A stretch of DNA of 64,000 nt from Heteronotia binoei (Eukaryota). The translations under genes were made by a program, and so were the position numbers. The stretch's first letter is position 1. Every line of letters begins with the position of its first letter. The stretch covers positions 18,166,001 to 18,230,000 of the forward strand of contig NC_083235.1 of NCBI RefSeq assembly GCF_032191835.1. The letters run 5' to 3'. The notes under the pieces were generated by a model. It was not told the DNA's origin. It saw only the letters and a program-made list of their open reading frames with translations, and made no database searches. Positions 1 through 10,869 of this stretch are shown piece by piece.

Positions 1-2419
1 GGCAATTAACCCAAAGAGGACAACACTAACCTTGAGAGACTCTCAGGCAGCTTCGCATTGTTATGCTCTTAATTTGTGGATGTGAGACGGATTTAAGAGG
101 TGTCATGTATTTGACGGAGACACTGATTCCCAGATCTTTGGTTATCATCAAATTCCTAGTGTGGTTCTTATTCTTCCATCTAATACATGACAACGTACAG
201 AGAAACTCATATATTCTTTTTTGGTATGAACCTTTTCCCCCAGAAAATTATAGCAAACACTTGGGGATAATAATCGAGTGTTTTGTGTTATATTCAGTCT
301 TGCTGAGAAATGTTAACTAAACGTAATGGATATGAAGGAAACACTTTTCCCTCAGCTAGTTTTTAAAAAGTTGTTATAGAAGTATGAGGGGAGAGTGGCC
401 TTGGAGATACAAACCCATAGCTATACAGTTTTTCCCTTGGGAAGAAGCTTCACTAAATACAGTGGGTCTTATTTGTTTCCAGCAAGTGTGAGAAGGATCA
501 CAACAGAAAATCCCAACTGCACCTCAAAGAAAACCCTGTTGAACTGAGCGGAACTTAAGTAAGATTGAACGGCATCTATAGATTCAATGTAGAACTTCTA
601 GTGTGGTTGGGAAATCATTATGTTAATGTTTGTATTATAGTGATGGAGAGTGGAAAGACTGAATGTTATCACAAAGAAAGCATTCAGCAGGGGAAGCACT
701 ACAGATGTTTTTGAGGTTTATTAAACGAAACAAGATCTGTAATGTGGACTTCCATCGTGAACATCTGAATGGCTTTGTCTCCAAACCAAGCTGCTACTTC
801 AGTTGCATCTAGATCAAGCCCACGGCACTAGATGACTGGAAACCCCCATCGCTTGTACATAGATGATTAACCAAAGGGGAAAGCACAGCCCAACCTTTCA
901 GTTCTGCAGTACGAAACCAAATTTCCACCTATTTCAGTATTCTGTTTCCAGTAGTGGCCAGCAAAAACTAACTTACCTTTTTTCAGGAAGGAAAGAAACA
1001 GATAAAGACTTGGAAGTGATTGAATACACTTCAGAGATAAATTTTTGGAGGTTTCTGCTCCAGGGCTGGTGTCCAGATCTTCAGACCATGGGACTTTGTT
1101 ACCTGTCATAGCTAATATTTATTGATAGATCCGTTTTATATGTTCTACATTGCTGTTAAAAATTATCCTCTTTCTCTGCTTCTGAAATTTCAGGAGTTCC
1201 TGTTAGAGAAGCTGATTTCCTTTTGCCCTAAGAGGGTACCAGCCTTGCTATCATAGAATATTGGCCCTATTGTGGTTCTACAAGACTTAGGGTTTCCTTC
1301 CCCCTCCCCCACCCTTACAGCTATTCACATGAGTGTGTTCCACTACTGTATGAGTTTTTCTTTGACATGGCACTTTGGTGCAAACTGTTGCAGGGATAGC
1401 GCTGTGGTGAAACTCCATCATAAAAGGACTGCAGAATGTTTCTGTCAATCTTCAAAACAAACAAGGTCAGTGGTTTCGTTATAATAATCAAATGTCAACA
1501 GTATTTAGAAAGAGACATCGAAAACATGTGAATATCCAGAGGAATCTTAGGATAGGGGGATGTAGTCAAATTGGACACTTTGGACTTTCTGATCCAAGTG
1601 CTGTGGAAAGAGACTTCATCTCTGCTCTTGGTGGATGCCTGGATCTTCAGATTGACCAGTGTGGGGAACAGCCTTAGAATCATAAAATTGGAAGGGACTT
1701 CCAGGGTCATCTAGTTCAACGTCCAACCCCATGCAAAATTCAGGAAATTCACAAATGCCTTTCCCACACACACCCAGTGACACCTGCTCCATGGCCAGAC
1801 TCATGCCCAGTCTTGATCAATAGCTTAGTAAATGTTTTGATGTGGAGCAAGAGACCAAGAAAGAGCTGCCAAGTTAGCAGCTAAGTTTGCCAGAAGCCAG
1901 GGCAGAAGGGCACAAGATCAGCGAACCCATTGGTTAGGCTATCGGGGTGCTACCTATAACAATTCATTATTAATAACAATTAAAATAATTAATGAAGCCT
2001 TCATTTAATCCAGTTGTGGTGTTTAAGTCTTTCTTTTGTGGTAGGGTATCCATTAGTTTGTGATGCGGTCATGAAAAACAGATAAGTGCAAGTGTGCAAA
2101 ATCACTAAATATCATGTATTGCTTTTTTAAACATATAACAGGAGTCACACAGATTCTCAGTATTTTCTTAGACTGGAGGCGAATGTTTTTAATAAATAAA
2201 ATAAGCGAGTTCCGCATTCATAGTCAATTGTGAATTAATTCATCTCACCACTTGGATGATAAAGCCAAATGTCCATTTTTTCTTAGGCATGGAGGGGGGT
2301 TGTTTTGAGGCAACAGCTTTGCTCGTAGCAGGACTTTTATCCAATTTTGAAAGTATTTGGCAACAAATAAATGACGTGAGAGCCCGTTGCTTGAGACCAA
2401 GCAACTGATTCAGCATTCA

Positions 2420-2900
2420 GGTTCCGTTTTTTACCTCCAAGGCCCTACATGGTCCGGGGCCAATGTACCTCTGGGACTGCCTCTCCCAGTATATCTCCCA
2501 AAGAGCTTTACACTCAGAAGATCAGGATTTATTGGTGGTCCTTGGTCCAAAAGATGTCAAGCTGTACTTGATCAGAACCAGGACCCTGGCTCCTGCCTGG
2601 TGGAACTCTCTGCCTAGTAACATCCATGTCCTGCGGGACATTGCACAGTTAAGCAGGGCATGCAAGACAGATGTTCCACCATGCCTATGTTTGAGGACAG
2701 CAATGCCCCCTCCCAATCGCAACTGGCCCATGTTCTACCTCTTTCAGAGGGAAAGAAACACACCAACACCATCAATGATTATATTATAATGATTTTATTC
2801 TGGAATTGATTAACTGATATTTCAATTAATTTGTTGTACGCCTAATGTACACCACCCTGAGCTTTTCAGGGAAGGGTGGTTTATAAATTAATAAGTATAA
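2420..2900 (+). mobile_element. L2-type LINE 3' fragment (paralog ~31190-31670)
   Basis: Translation KALHGPGPMYLWDCLSQY..RALHS..LLVV..RTRTLAPAWWNSLP resembles the L2/CR1-clade ORF2 C-terminus; ends in an AATAA-rich tail. Confidence 0.7.
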
Positions 2901-2932
2901 ATAAGCGATAAGGCAGCTTTGTGTGTCAGACT

Positions 2933-2987
2933 GACCTGGATAGCCCAGGCTAGCCCAATCTTGTCAGATCTCAGAAGCTAAGCACGG
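2933..2987 (+). mobile_element. 5S rRNA-derived SINE, 5' part (split by the chromovirus; 3' part 9048-9208)
   Basis: CCCAATCTTGTCAGATCTCAGAAGCTAAGCACGG then, after the LTR element, CTAGTATTGGATGAGAGGCC, aligning to 5S rRNA CCCGATCTCGTCTGATCTCGGAAGCTAAGCAGGG..TTAGTACTTGGATGGGAGACC. Non-5S tail follows. Confidence 0.75.
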
Positions 2988-3475
2988 TGTCAGAACTTGT
3001 AACTATTGCTGATGCTTCACTGCAATGTAACCAGTACTTGTATTGTGATCTCAGTATTGCTCATGCAGGGATTGTAACTGAACCAAACTGACTCCATGTT
3101 GTAACCTCCCAATAACCCCAAGTGCCTATGTAGCAATTAACCTTGCCCTACTGGTATCCAAAATATTTAGGGCTGTAGACTGAGTTATGATGTGTCTCTG
3201 CACATTCTCACACTGGTGCCCTTTGAAGCCAAGCCGTGTGGCCTTCAGAGCGAGGAGGCAACCTCCTCGCTGATAGTGGATGGTGGGAAGACAGATGTGC
3301 TTGTAACGGTGTGAATTGTGGCTTTGTGATGTGTTTGCTTTAGTGTATAAAACTGCGCTGGTGCTGGCCCTCGCCATCACTGTTATCTCGTCTCTTTCAG
3401 TGCTTAGTTCTCTCCAATAAAATCCTAGCTCTGTAACCAAGTATGGGATCTGTTTGAAGTTCTTAAGTTCTGACA
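2988..3475 (+). repeat. 5' LTR of chromovirus 1 (TATAAAA 3346-3352, AATAAA 3416-3421)
   Basis: TG..CA inverted termini; direct repeat of 8560-9047. Confidence 0.97.
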
Positions 3476-3477
3476 TT

Positions 3478-3488
3478 ATAACAGTGAT
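3478..3488 (+). promoter_or_regulatory. Self-priming primer-binding site (ATAACAGTGAT)
   Basis: Not a TGG tRNA PBS. Exact reverse complement of ATCACTGTTAT (3376-3386), which starts 30 nt after the TATA box. Confidence 0.85.
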
Positions 3489-3529
3489 CCCATTGTCCCG
3501 TGGCTTATCTGAACTGGAAACCTGGTCCG

Positions 3530-5083
3530 ATGGCGGCAAAAGTTCCAGACAGCGGAGAGCCCACCACCCCTACAGACGATCCGCCGCTCGACCCGAAGGT
3601 GACGGGGGTTAGGCGCAAAATTAAGGTCCCAGCGCCTTTCTCGGTCGACGCGTTCCCCGCCCCACGACCCTGGAGCCCGCGGAAGTCCACGGCAGCGATC
3701 GACGCCGCGGAGCAACGGTACCGAAGCATGTTGGGCGAAGGAGGAACCGGAGACGACGACGAGGACCAAGGAGAAGGTCCGGGGGCGCGAAGTGGGGACG
3801 ACCCGATCCGGACCCTCCGCAACGACTTGTTCGACTGGGTACGGGAAATTCACGACGACGTGCACAGGTCCCGCGTGTCGATGGCGGAGGACATGCAGCA
3901 GAATCTGGGCGCGATCTACGACCAACTTCGAACCCTGCAAACTGCGGTCCTGGGGATCCCGGTTTTAGGAGGAGGGCTGCCGCTGGGGCCGCCGCCCGCA
4001 GCTCCACCGGCCCCGCCGGCCCCAGCACCGCCGGTGGCACCCGCCCCCGCTCCACCAGCACCGCCTGCCCCGGCGCCACCGGCACCACCCGTTCCGGTGC
4101 AACCGGCACCACCCGCCCTGATGCTGCCGACCCCGCCGCCGGCGGTACCCCAGGCCCCGCTCCCAGGGGGACCCCCGGTGATCCCTGGCCCCGCCTCTCC
4201 GGGGGGGGGCGACGGCAGGGGCAGAGAGCTGAAGATTACATTCGACGGGAATGCAGAGGACGTGGAGTACTTCACGATACAATGCGACACGTTCTTCACC
4301 CACTGGGGTGCCGACTACCCGACAGAGGCCAGCCGAGTAAACCACATCGCGTCCCGACTGAGGGGCCCGGCCCGCAAGTGGTACGTGGGGCTCTACACGG
4401 GAAGGAAGCCCGAGCTAGCAACAGTCGCGGGGTTCCTGCACGCGATGCTCCGCCAGTACGGCGACCCTCTTCGAGAAGAGAAAGCCATCGCTGCCCTCCA
4501 GCGCATAGAGCAAGGCAACCGCACTACTCGCGAGTATGCCACTGAGTTCCTAGGATACTGTGCGGCGGCCCGGGGGTGGAACGAAGTCATGAAGTACACC
4601 GCGTTCCGCAATGGCTTGAACCCGAACATCCTCGACCGCTGCTACAGCCAAGGGAGACCCGACACACTGGTCGGATGGATCCAACTGGCCGGGGAGGTGG
4701 AGACCAACCTCCAACATGTGGGGATGCGCCGGCAGCAGTTGGGGAAGAAGGTGGCCAAACACACTCCGACTAAAGCGGAAGGGAGGAAGACCCCAGCGAC
4801 CTCGACCCCCTCCGCCGCGCGCAAATGCTTCAGATGTGGAGACCCGGATCATCTCGCCGCCAACTGCCCCGTTAAAACAGGAGCAACGCCACCCTCGGCG
4901 AAACCTACCGCCTCGGGGCCGAAGAAGAAAAAGGGTAGCCGCTCGAAGGAGCCCAGTCGGGGCTCCGTCGCCACTTCCTTGGCGACTGACGAGGATTTTA
5001 CCACCGACCTGACAGCCGTGGAGGAATCAACCGAAGAGTCGGATGACACCGAGTCGGCGGGAAATGACAGCGACCTGCTTTAA
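3530..5083 (+). CDS. gag: Gag of chromovirus 1 (Pro-rich segment, capsid domain, CCHC knuckle)
   Basis: ATG at 3530 in ORF 3500-5083; ITFDG..YFTIQC capsid-like segment; CFRCGDPDHLAANC zinc knuckle. Confidence 0.92.
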   Translation: MAAKVPDSGEPTTPTDDPPLDPKVTGVRRKIKVPAPFSVDAFPAPRPWSPRKSTAAIDAAEQRYRSMLGEGGTGDDDEDQGEGPGARSGDDPIRTLRNDLFDWVREIHDDVHRSRVSMAEDMQQNLGAIYDQLRTLQTAVLGIPVLGGGLPLGPPPAAPPAPPAPAPPVAPAPAPPAPPAPAPPAPPVPVQPAPPALMLPTPPPAVPQAPLPGGPPVIPGPASPGGGDGRGRELKITFDGNAEDVEYFTIQCDTFFTHWGADYPTEASRVNHIASRLRGPARKWYVGLYTGRKPELATVAGFLHAMLRQYGDPLREEKAIAALQRIEQGNRTTREYATEFLGYCAAARGWNEVMKYTAFRNGLNPNILDRCYSQGRPDTLVGWIQLAGEVETNLQHVGMRRQQLGKKVAKHTPTKAEGRKTPATSTPSAARKCFRCGDPDHLAANCPVKTGATPPSAKPTASGPKKKKGSRSKEPSRGSVATSLATDEDFTTDLTAVEESTEESDDTESAGNDSDLL

Positions 5084-8000
5084 TGGGTGCCGCAAAGCAG
5101 GTCCAAGAACAGCCGGCACTCCTCATGGTGAGAGCCTCTGGGGGTTTATTGTTTATGGCCGTTACCCTCCTTAATCCAAACTTAAAGCGGTTCATGCACG
5201 CCTGAGCGCTAATCGACTCAGGGTGTAACAGAGACCTGATTACCCCCCGCTTGGTAGAGGCACTAGGATTAGCCACCTCGCCTCTACCGCAACCGATACA
5301 ATTTGAACAGATGGACGGGGGACCCATGAGGGGGGAACCATGCACTCTTGAGACCCAGGCGGTCCCGGTAGGAACCGAGGAGCACTGGGGGATTGAAACT
5401 TTCGTAATCGTCCCCTCTTGCTCTTTCGATGTGGTGGTAGGCTCGGCTTGGCTCGCCCGCCACCAACCGGACATAAGGTGGGCGGAACAGATCGTCCGGT
5501 TCCCCGATTGGAGGTGCGAACACCACCACTGGCGCCCCGAATGGGGGCCGCACGCTCCCCCCCAAAACGAATGGGCTTGCCTCACACTTGAGGAAGTCGC
5601 TTCGATTCCCAAGGAGTATCGGGACCTAAGGCTAGCTTTTAGCGAAAAAGAAGCAGATGAGTTACCACCCCACCGCCCCACGGATTGCGCCATTGAATTG
5701 ATCCCGGGGCAACAACTTCCCAAGGCGAAACTATACTCCATGGGTTGGGCGGAGAAAGCGGAACTCCGAAAGTTTTTGGACAAAAACCTTAAGCATGGGT
5801 TCATACGACCGGCCACAGCCCCCCATGCCGCCCCCGTCCTCTTCCGAAAGAAGAAGGACGGGACGCTTAGACTTTGCACAGATTTTCGTGCGATAAACGG
5901 GATTTCAATGTCCAACGCCTACCCGATCCCGTTGATAAAAGACTTATTGAACACTGTAGCGAAAGGGAAGATATTCACCAAACTTGACCTTCGAGACGCG
6001 TACTTCCGCGTCCGCATCAAGGAGGGGGACGAGTGGAAAACGGCTTTCAACACCCCTCTAGGACAATTCGAGTACCTAGTCATGCCGTTCGGACTACAGG
6101 GGGCCCCCGGGGTATTCATGAACTTTATCAATGAGGTGCTACGAGACTTCCTCTATAAGGGGGTGGTGGTGTACCTTGATGACATCATTAGCTATTCGCA
6201 AGATCTCAAATCTCATGTGCCACTGGTCAGAAAAGTGTTAAGCACCCTCTGTAAACACAAATTGTACGCCAAGTTGGCAAAATGTGAATTTCACAAAACT
6301 GAGCTTGACTATCTGGGCTTCCGGGTGTCGGGGGAGGGACTGTCAATGGACCCCGCAAAGGTCCAAGCAGTACTGGATTGGGAACCCCCCCGGACCCGCA
6401 AACAGCTCCAAAGTTTTATCGGGTTCGCAAATTTCTACCGCGAATTCATCAAAGGGTTCGCCACAGTCATGCTTCCCCTAACTGAACTCCTAAAAACCAA
6501 GGGCAAAAGCGAGGAGGCGAAAAAGCCAGGCGCACGCCTAACGTGGACGCCTGACTGCCAAAAAGCTTTCACCGAACTAAAACGCCTCTTCACTTCAGAA
6601 CCCGTGTTAGCACATCCTGACGAGTTGAAACCCTTCGTGGTCCAATGCGACGCCTCCGACGCCGCAATCGGAGCCATATTAATGCAAAAAGGGGAAACCG
6701 GGGTGCTCCATCCATGTGCCTACATTTCGAGAAAATTTTCTAATGAGCAAAGAAATTGGTCAGTCTGGGACAAGGAAGCTTTTGCAGTCATGTTTGCCCT
6801 CAAAACCTGGCGCTCCTGGCTCGAAGGAGCGAGGGTCCCTTTTGAAATTTGGACCGATCACAAAAATCTCGAAGCCCTCACCGGGCGCCGCAAAATGACT
6901 GCAAAACAAATCCGATGGGCAGGCTTCTTTGCAAAATTTGACTTCGTGTTAAAACACATCCCAGGCTCAAAAAATTTTTTGGCAGACGCCCTCTCCCGCA
7001 TGCCTCAGCACGACAGTCTCCGAGAGGAAGTGGTGGACTCACTCATTCCCCCCTCCGCCATATCGGGCGGGGTCACCACCCGCTCAGGAAAACAAACCTG
7101 CCCTCCGGACGCAGACCTTCTGCCCCGGTTCCTCACGGAATCAAACCTTGAAACTGACCTCCCGCCTAACTTAACTAAGGGCGAAAACGGTCTCTGGTTG
7201 CACAATGGCAAAATCTATGTGCCCAGCCCCCTCCGTAAAGAAGTCCTCGAACGCTGCCACTCTAGTCGCCTAGCAGGCCATTTCGGCTATGTCAAAACGC
7301 TCAACTTACTCGCCCGACAATTTTGGTGGCCAAAAATCAAAAAAGACGTCTCCGAATTTGTTCTCGCCTGTCCCACTTGCCTCATGGCAAAACGAAGAGG
7401 GGGTAAGCCCCCCGGCCACCTTGTTCCCCTCCCCACGGCCAACCGGCCTTGGTCGGTGGTCTCCATGGATTTCATTGTCGAACTCCCCCCCTCACATGGC
7501 AAGACAGTCATTCTAGTGGTAGTCGACACTTTTTCAAAACAAGCCCACTTCATCCCTTGTAAACAACTCCCCACAGCAAAAAAGCTCGCTCAACTCTTTT
7601 TTACTCACATCGTACGACTACACTCATTCCCAGACAAGGTCATTAGTGACCGCGGAACGCAGTTCGTTGTTAACTTCTGGCGGGAGTTCTGCAAACTCGC
7701 AGGCATTGAGCAAGGACTCAGCTCTGCCTACCACCCCCAGTCAGACGGACAGACGGAGAGGGTCAATGGCCTTCTTGAGCAATATCTCCGCTGTTTCATT
7801 AATTTCCAACAATCCAACTGGATGGACCTCCTCCCCCTTGCGGAATATGGCTATAACAACAGCCTCCACAGTTCTACTAAAACTTCTCCCTTCCAAATCA
7901 TTAACGGCTACGAGGGCAAGCCGTTCCCCACGCTCGCCCTCCCCGCCAGCCCCTCCGAACCCACGTCTTGCCAACAATGGTGGGAGGGCCTTCGTGAAGG

Positions 8001-8574
8001 CTGGAAGGGTATTCAGGAAAATCTGGAGGAAGCGAAAAAGGCATACAAAAAGCAGTTTGACAAAAAACATTCCCCCGAGTGGGAATTGAGGGTGGGGGAT
8101 ACAGTCTTCTTATCTACAAAGAACCTCCCCCTCCCGCAAACATGCCGCAAGCTTGCACTAAAGTTCCTGGGGCCCTTTAAAATCAAAAGAGTCATAAATA
8201 AGGTAACCGTAGAACTCGACCTGCCCAAGTCTCTAAGTAAGATCCATCCTGTTTTTCATTGCAGCCTCCTTCGGAAAGACCCTGGTGCTACGTCATTCCA
8301 TCCCAGGGCCCCGCCGCCCCCTCCGACGACAGTGAGGGGTCAGATTCACCATGAGGTCCAGGAGATTCTGGATTCCAAAGTAAAAAGGGGCCAGTTGTAT
8401 TACTTGATCAGATGGAAACACTTCCCCCCGAGCTGTGACGAGTGGGTCAAGTCACAGGATGTATCCGCACCGCAACTGCTGAAAAAATTTCACCTACTGT
8501 ACCCGCACAAGCCCAAGTTGGCTCCCCGCGGGGGGGGGGGGCGCTTAGGGGGGGCAGTATGTCAGAACTTGTAA
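5059..8574 (+). pseudogene. pol: Pol of chromovirus 1 (PR-RT-RNaseH-IN-chromodomain) in the -1 frame, with two premature TGA stops at 5065 and 5203
   Basis: LIDSG protease (GAC 5215-5217), YLDD RT, CDAS RNaseH, HH-CC zinc finger plus SMDF/SDRG/TERVN integrase core, C-terminal chromodomain EVQEILDSK..YYLIRWK..DEW. ORF 5251-8574 is otherwise open. Confidence 0.93.
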
Positions 8575-9047
8575 CTATTGCTGATGCTTCACTGCAATGT
8601 AACCAGTACTTGTATTGTGATCTCAGTATTGCTCATGCAGGGATTGTAACTGAACCAAACTGACTCCATGTTGTAACCTCCCAATAACCCCAAGTGCCTA
8701 TGTAGCAATTAACCTTGCCCTACTGGAATCCAAAATATTTAGGGCTGTAGACTGAGTTATGATGTGTCTCTGCACATTCTCACACTGGTGCCCTTTGAAG
8801 CCAAGCCGTGTGGCCTTCAGAGCGAGGAGGCAACCTCCTCGCTGATAGTGGATGGTGGGAAGACAGATGTGCTTGTAACGGTGTGAATTGTGGCTTTGTG
8901 ATGTGTTTGCTTTAGTGTATAAAACTGCGCTGGTGCTGGCCCTCGCCATCACTGTTATCTCGTCTCTTTCAGTGCTTAGTTCTCTCCAATAAAATCCTAG
9001 CTCTGTAACCAAGTATGGGATCTGTTTGAAGTTCTTAAGTTCTGACA
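8560..9047 (+). repeat. 3' LTR of chromovirus 1
   Basis: Direct repeat of 2988-3475, preceded by the polypurine tract. Confidence 0.97.
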
Positions 9048-9288
9048 CACGGCTATCAAAGCTAGTATTGGATGAGAGGCCTCCAAGGAAGACCAGGATC
9101 ATGATGTGGAGGCATATAGTGGGCAACCACCTCTGAACATCTCTTGCCTTGAAAACCCTACGAGGACACCATAAATCACTTGTGACTTGATGGCACTTTC
9201 CACCACCATGTCAGAATGACATCTGTTATGGTACTATTGGATTCACATAATGCATCTCTCAAGAAGCAATGTCCTTCATCCTTAAGTC

Positions 9289-9455
9289 CAGGGGTCTTTT
9301 TCTAGCAGGAGCTCCTCTGCATATTGGGCCATGCCCCCCGATATAGTCAATCCTCCAAGAGTTTAAAGGGCCTACTGTAAGGTCCAGAAAGACTGGCTAC
9401 ATTAGGGGGACATGGCCTAATATGCAGAGGAGCTCCTGCTAGAAAAAGAGCCCTG
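9289..9455. mobile_element. hAT-type MITE (paralog 31989-32155)
   Basis: ~45-bp TIRs CAGGG.TCTTTTTCTAGCAGGAGCTCCTCTGCATATT / reverse complement; 8-bp TSD CTTAAGTC (9281-9288, 9456-9463). Confidence 0.88.
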
Positions 9456-9950
9456 CTTAAGTCTAATTTGCAACTGAAATTTTATTTTTAAAGAGAACCC
9501 AAACTTGACTGACTCCCTACAACCACACAACAGCTGTGAGATATATCACTTTTAAAATAAGGGAGAACCTAATTTGATTCAGAACTGTGATGGAAGACCT
9601 TCCCCCCATGTCACCAATTTCTTAAGGCAAAATATCTCCCTGCATTTTTCAGCTGGAGCTACCAGCAGTGAAGAAACAAGAATGGCTGCACCAGCAGGCA
9701 GAAAGAATGCAGAAGAACAGATGCAAGGTGAATTTTTTATTATTATTAAAAATATTTATTAAGGTGGAAACTGGATAACTTTGGAAATGATCCCCTGACA
9801 AAGTGAATTGTGGAACATGTAGGGATCCAGAAGAACTTAATATTTTTTCACCTTGCACCTGTTCTTCAAGATCCTTTCAGCTGGGACTACCCATGCCTGG
9901 CTATTTTTTAAAAAGTATCATCTAATTTGACTCCCGCTCTACATTCATTA

Positions 9951-10262
9951 GCGGCCCCGTGGCGCAGAGTGGTAAAGCAGCAGTACTGCACTACTGTGAT
10001 CTGAATTCTCTGCTCACGACCTGAGATTGATTCCGGCGGAAGCTGGATTCAGGTAGCCGGCCCAAGGTCGACTCAGCCTTCCATCCTTCCGAGGTCGGTA
10101 AAATGAGTACCCAGCTTGCTGGGGGGGAAGCGTAAAAGACTGGGGAAGGCAATGGCAAACCACCGCGTAAAAAGTCTGCCGGGAAAACGTTGTAAAAGCA
10201 ACATCACCCCAGAGTCGGAAACGACTGGTGCTTGCACAGGGTATCTCTCCTTTTTCCTTTTC
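9951..10262 (+). mobile_element. Sauria-type tRNA-derived SINE (paralog 32687-33000; partial copy ~51620-51790)
   Basis: Head GGCCCCGTGGCGCAGAGTGGTAAAG, core GTCGACTCAGCCTTCCATCCTTCCGAGGTCGGTAAAATGAGTACC, 12-bp TSD CTACATTCATTA (9939-9950, 10263-10274). Confidence 0.85.
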
Positions 10263-10869
10263 CTACATTCATTAAGTCTACTTAAGTCAACATTCAATTA
10301 TTATTTTTTCTTCTGCGCTTGAAACAGAATTAACTTAATCAGACTGCAACACAGAATAACAATTTTATTCACCCTCAATGAAAAATGTTGTATGATTTTC
10401 TTCAATGATGCAATCGCAGAGTCAACAAAGAGCACATATAAACATTGTTCCAATATTGTACAAATTAAACTATTAGATCACTGGCAAACACTCAAAATAA
10501 AAAGTGGCAGATTTGAAACAAATTACTCATTTTCATCTGAAAACAGATCTCTTTCCCACTGCAATTTAATTTCTTCTTTGAAATAAGCTCACTTTCTCCA
10601 GAGTTGCAGATAACTGTGGGTAAAATCAAATTCATTTAGTAAAGTATGGTAAGTTGTGAACTGGACCAATTGGTGTGGTTGAGATTGAAAGGCATATAAT
10701 ATGCATTGTGAGCATATTCAGTCCACTTTGGGTCCAACTCCACTTTGGGTCCAAGATATTTATCTGAATGTCCATTTGGACATTTAATCAAAGGATGCAC
10801 TGACATGTTTACAAGATGGAATTTCATACAGATATTACTATGATTCTCCATTTCCCTTCTACAGGAAAC

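Larger units (their letters stand above)
2988..9047 (+). mobile_element. Full-length Ty3/Gypsy chromovirus LTR retrotransposon (sushi/Tf1-like), very young
   Basis: 488-bp LTRs TGTCAGAAC...GTTCTGACA at 2988-3475 and 8560-9047 (one substitution noticed), 5-bp TSD CACGG (2983-2987, 9048-9052), PPT AGGGGGGGCAGTA before the 3' LTR, gag and pol ORFs. Confidence 0.98.

Noticed and set aside
433-442. O/E (EBF)-like site TCCCTTGGGA
   Set aside because: Far from any OR start and not conserved in duplicate B; likely chance.
2933-2987. Genuine 5S rRNA or tRNA genes (also 56519, 9951, 28586)
   Set aside because: Diverged heads fused to SINE bodies; no full-length 5S or cloverleaf and no Pol III terminator at the expected place.
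3126-3539. 137/142-aa antisense ORFs across both chromovirus LTRs (also 8698-9126)
   Set aside because: They repeat only because the LTRs are duplicated; no domain motifs, and they run into unrelated flanks.
3980-4200. Imperfect CCGGCACC-type tandem repeats as an array
   Set aside because: They encode the Pro/Ala-rich Gag linker; low complexity, not a spacer array.
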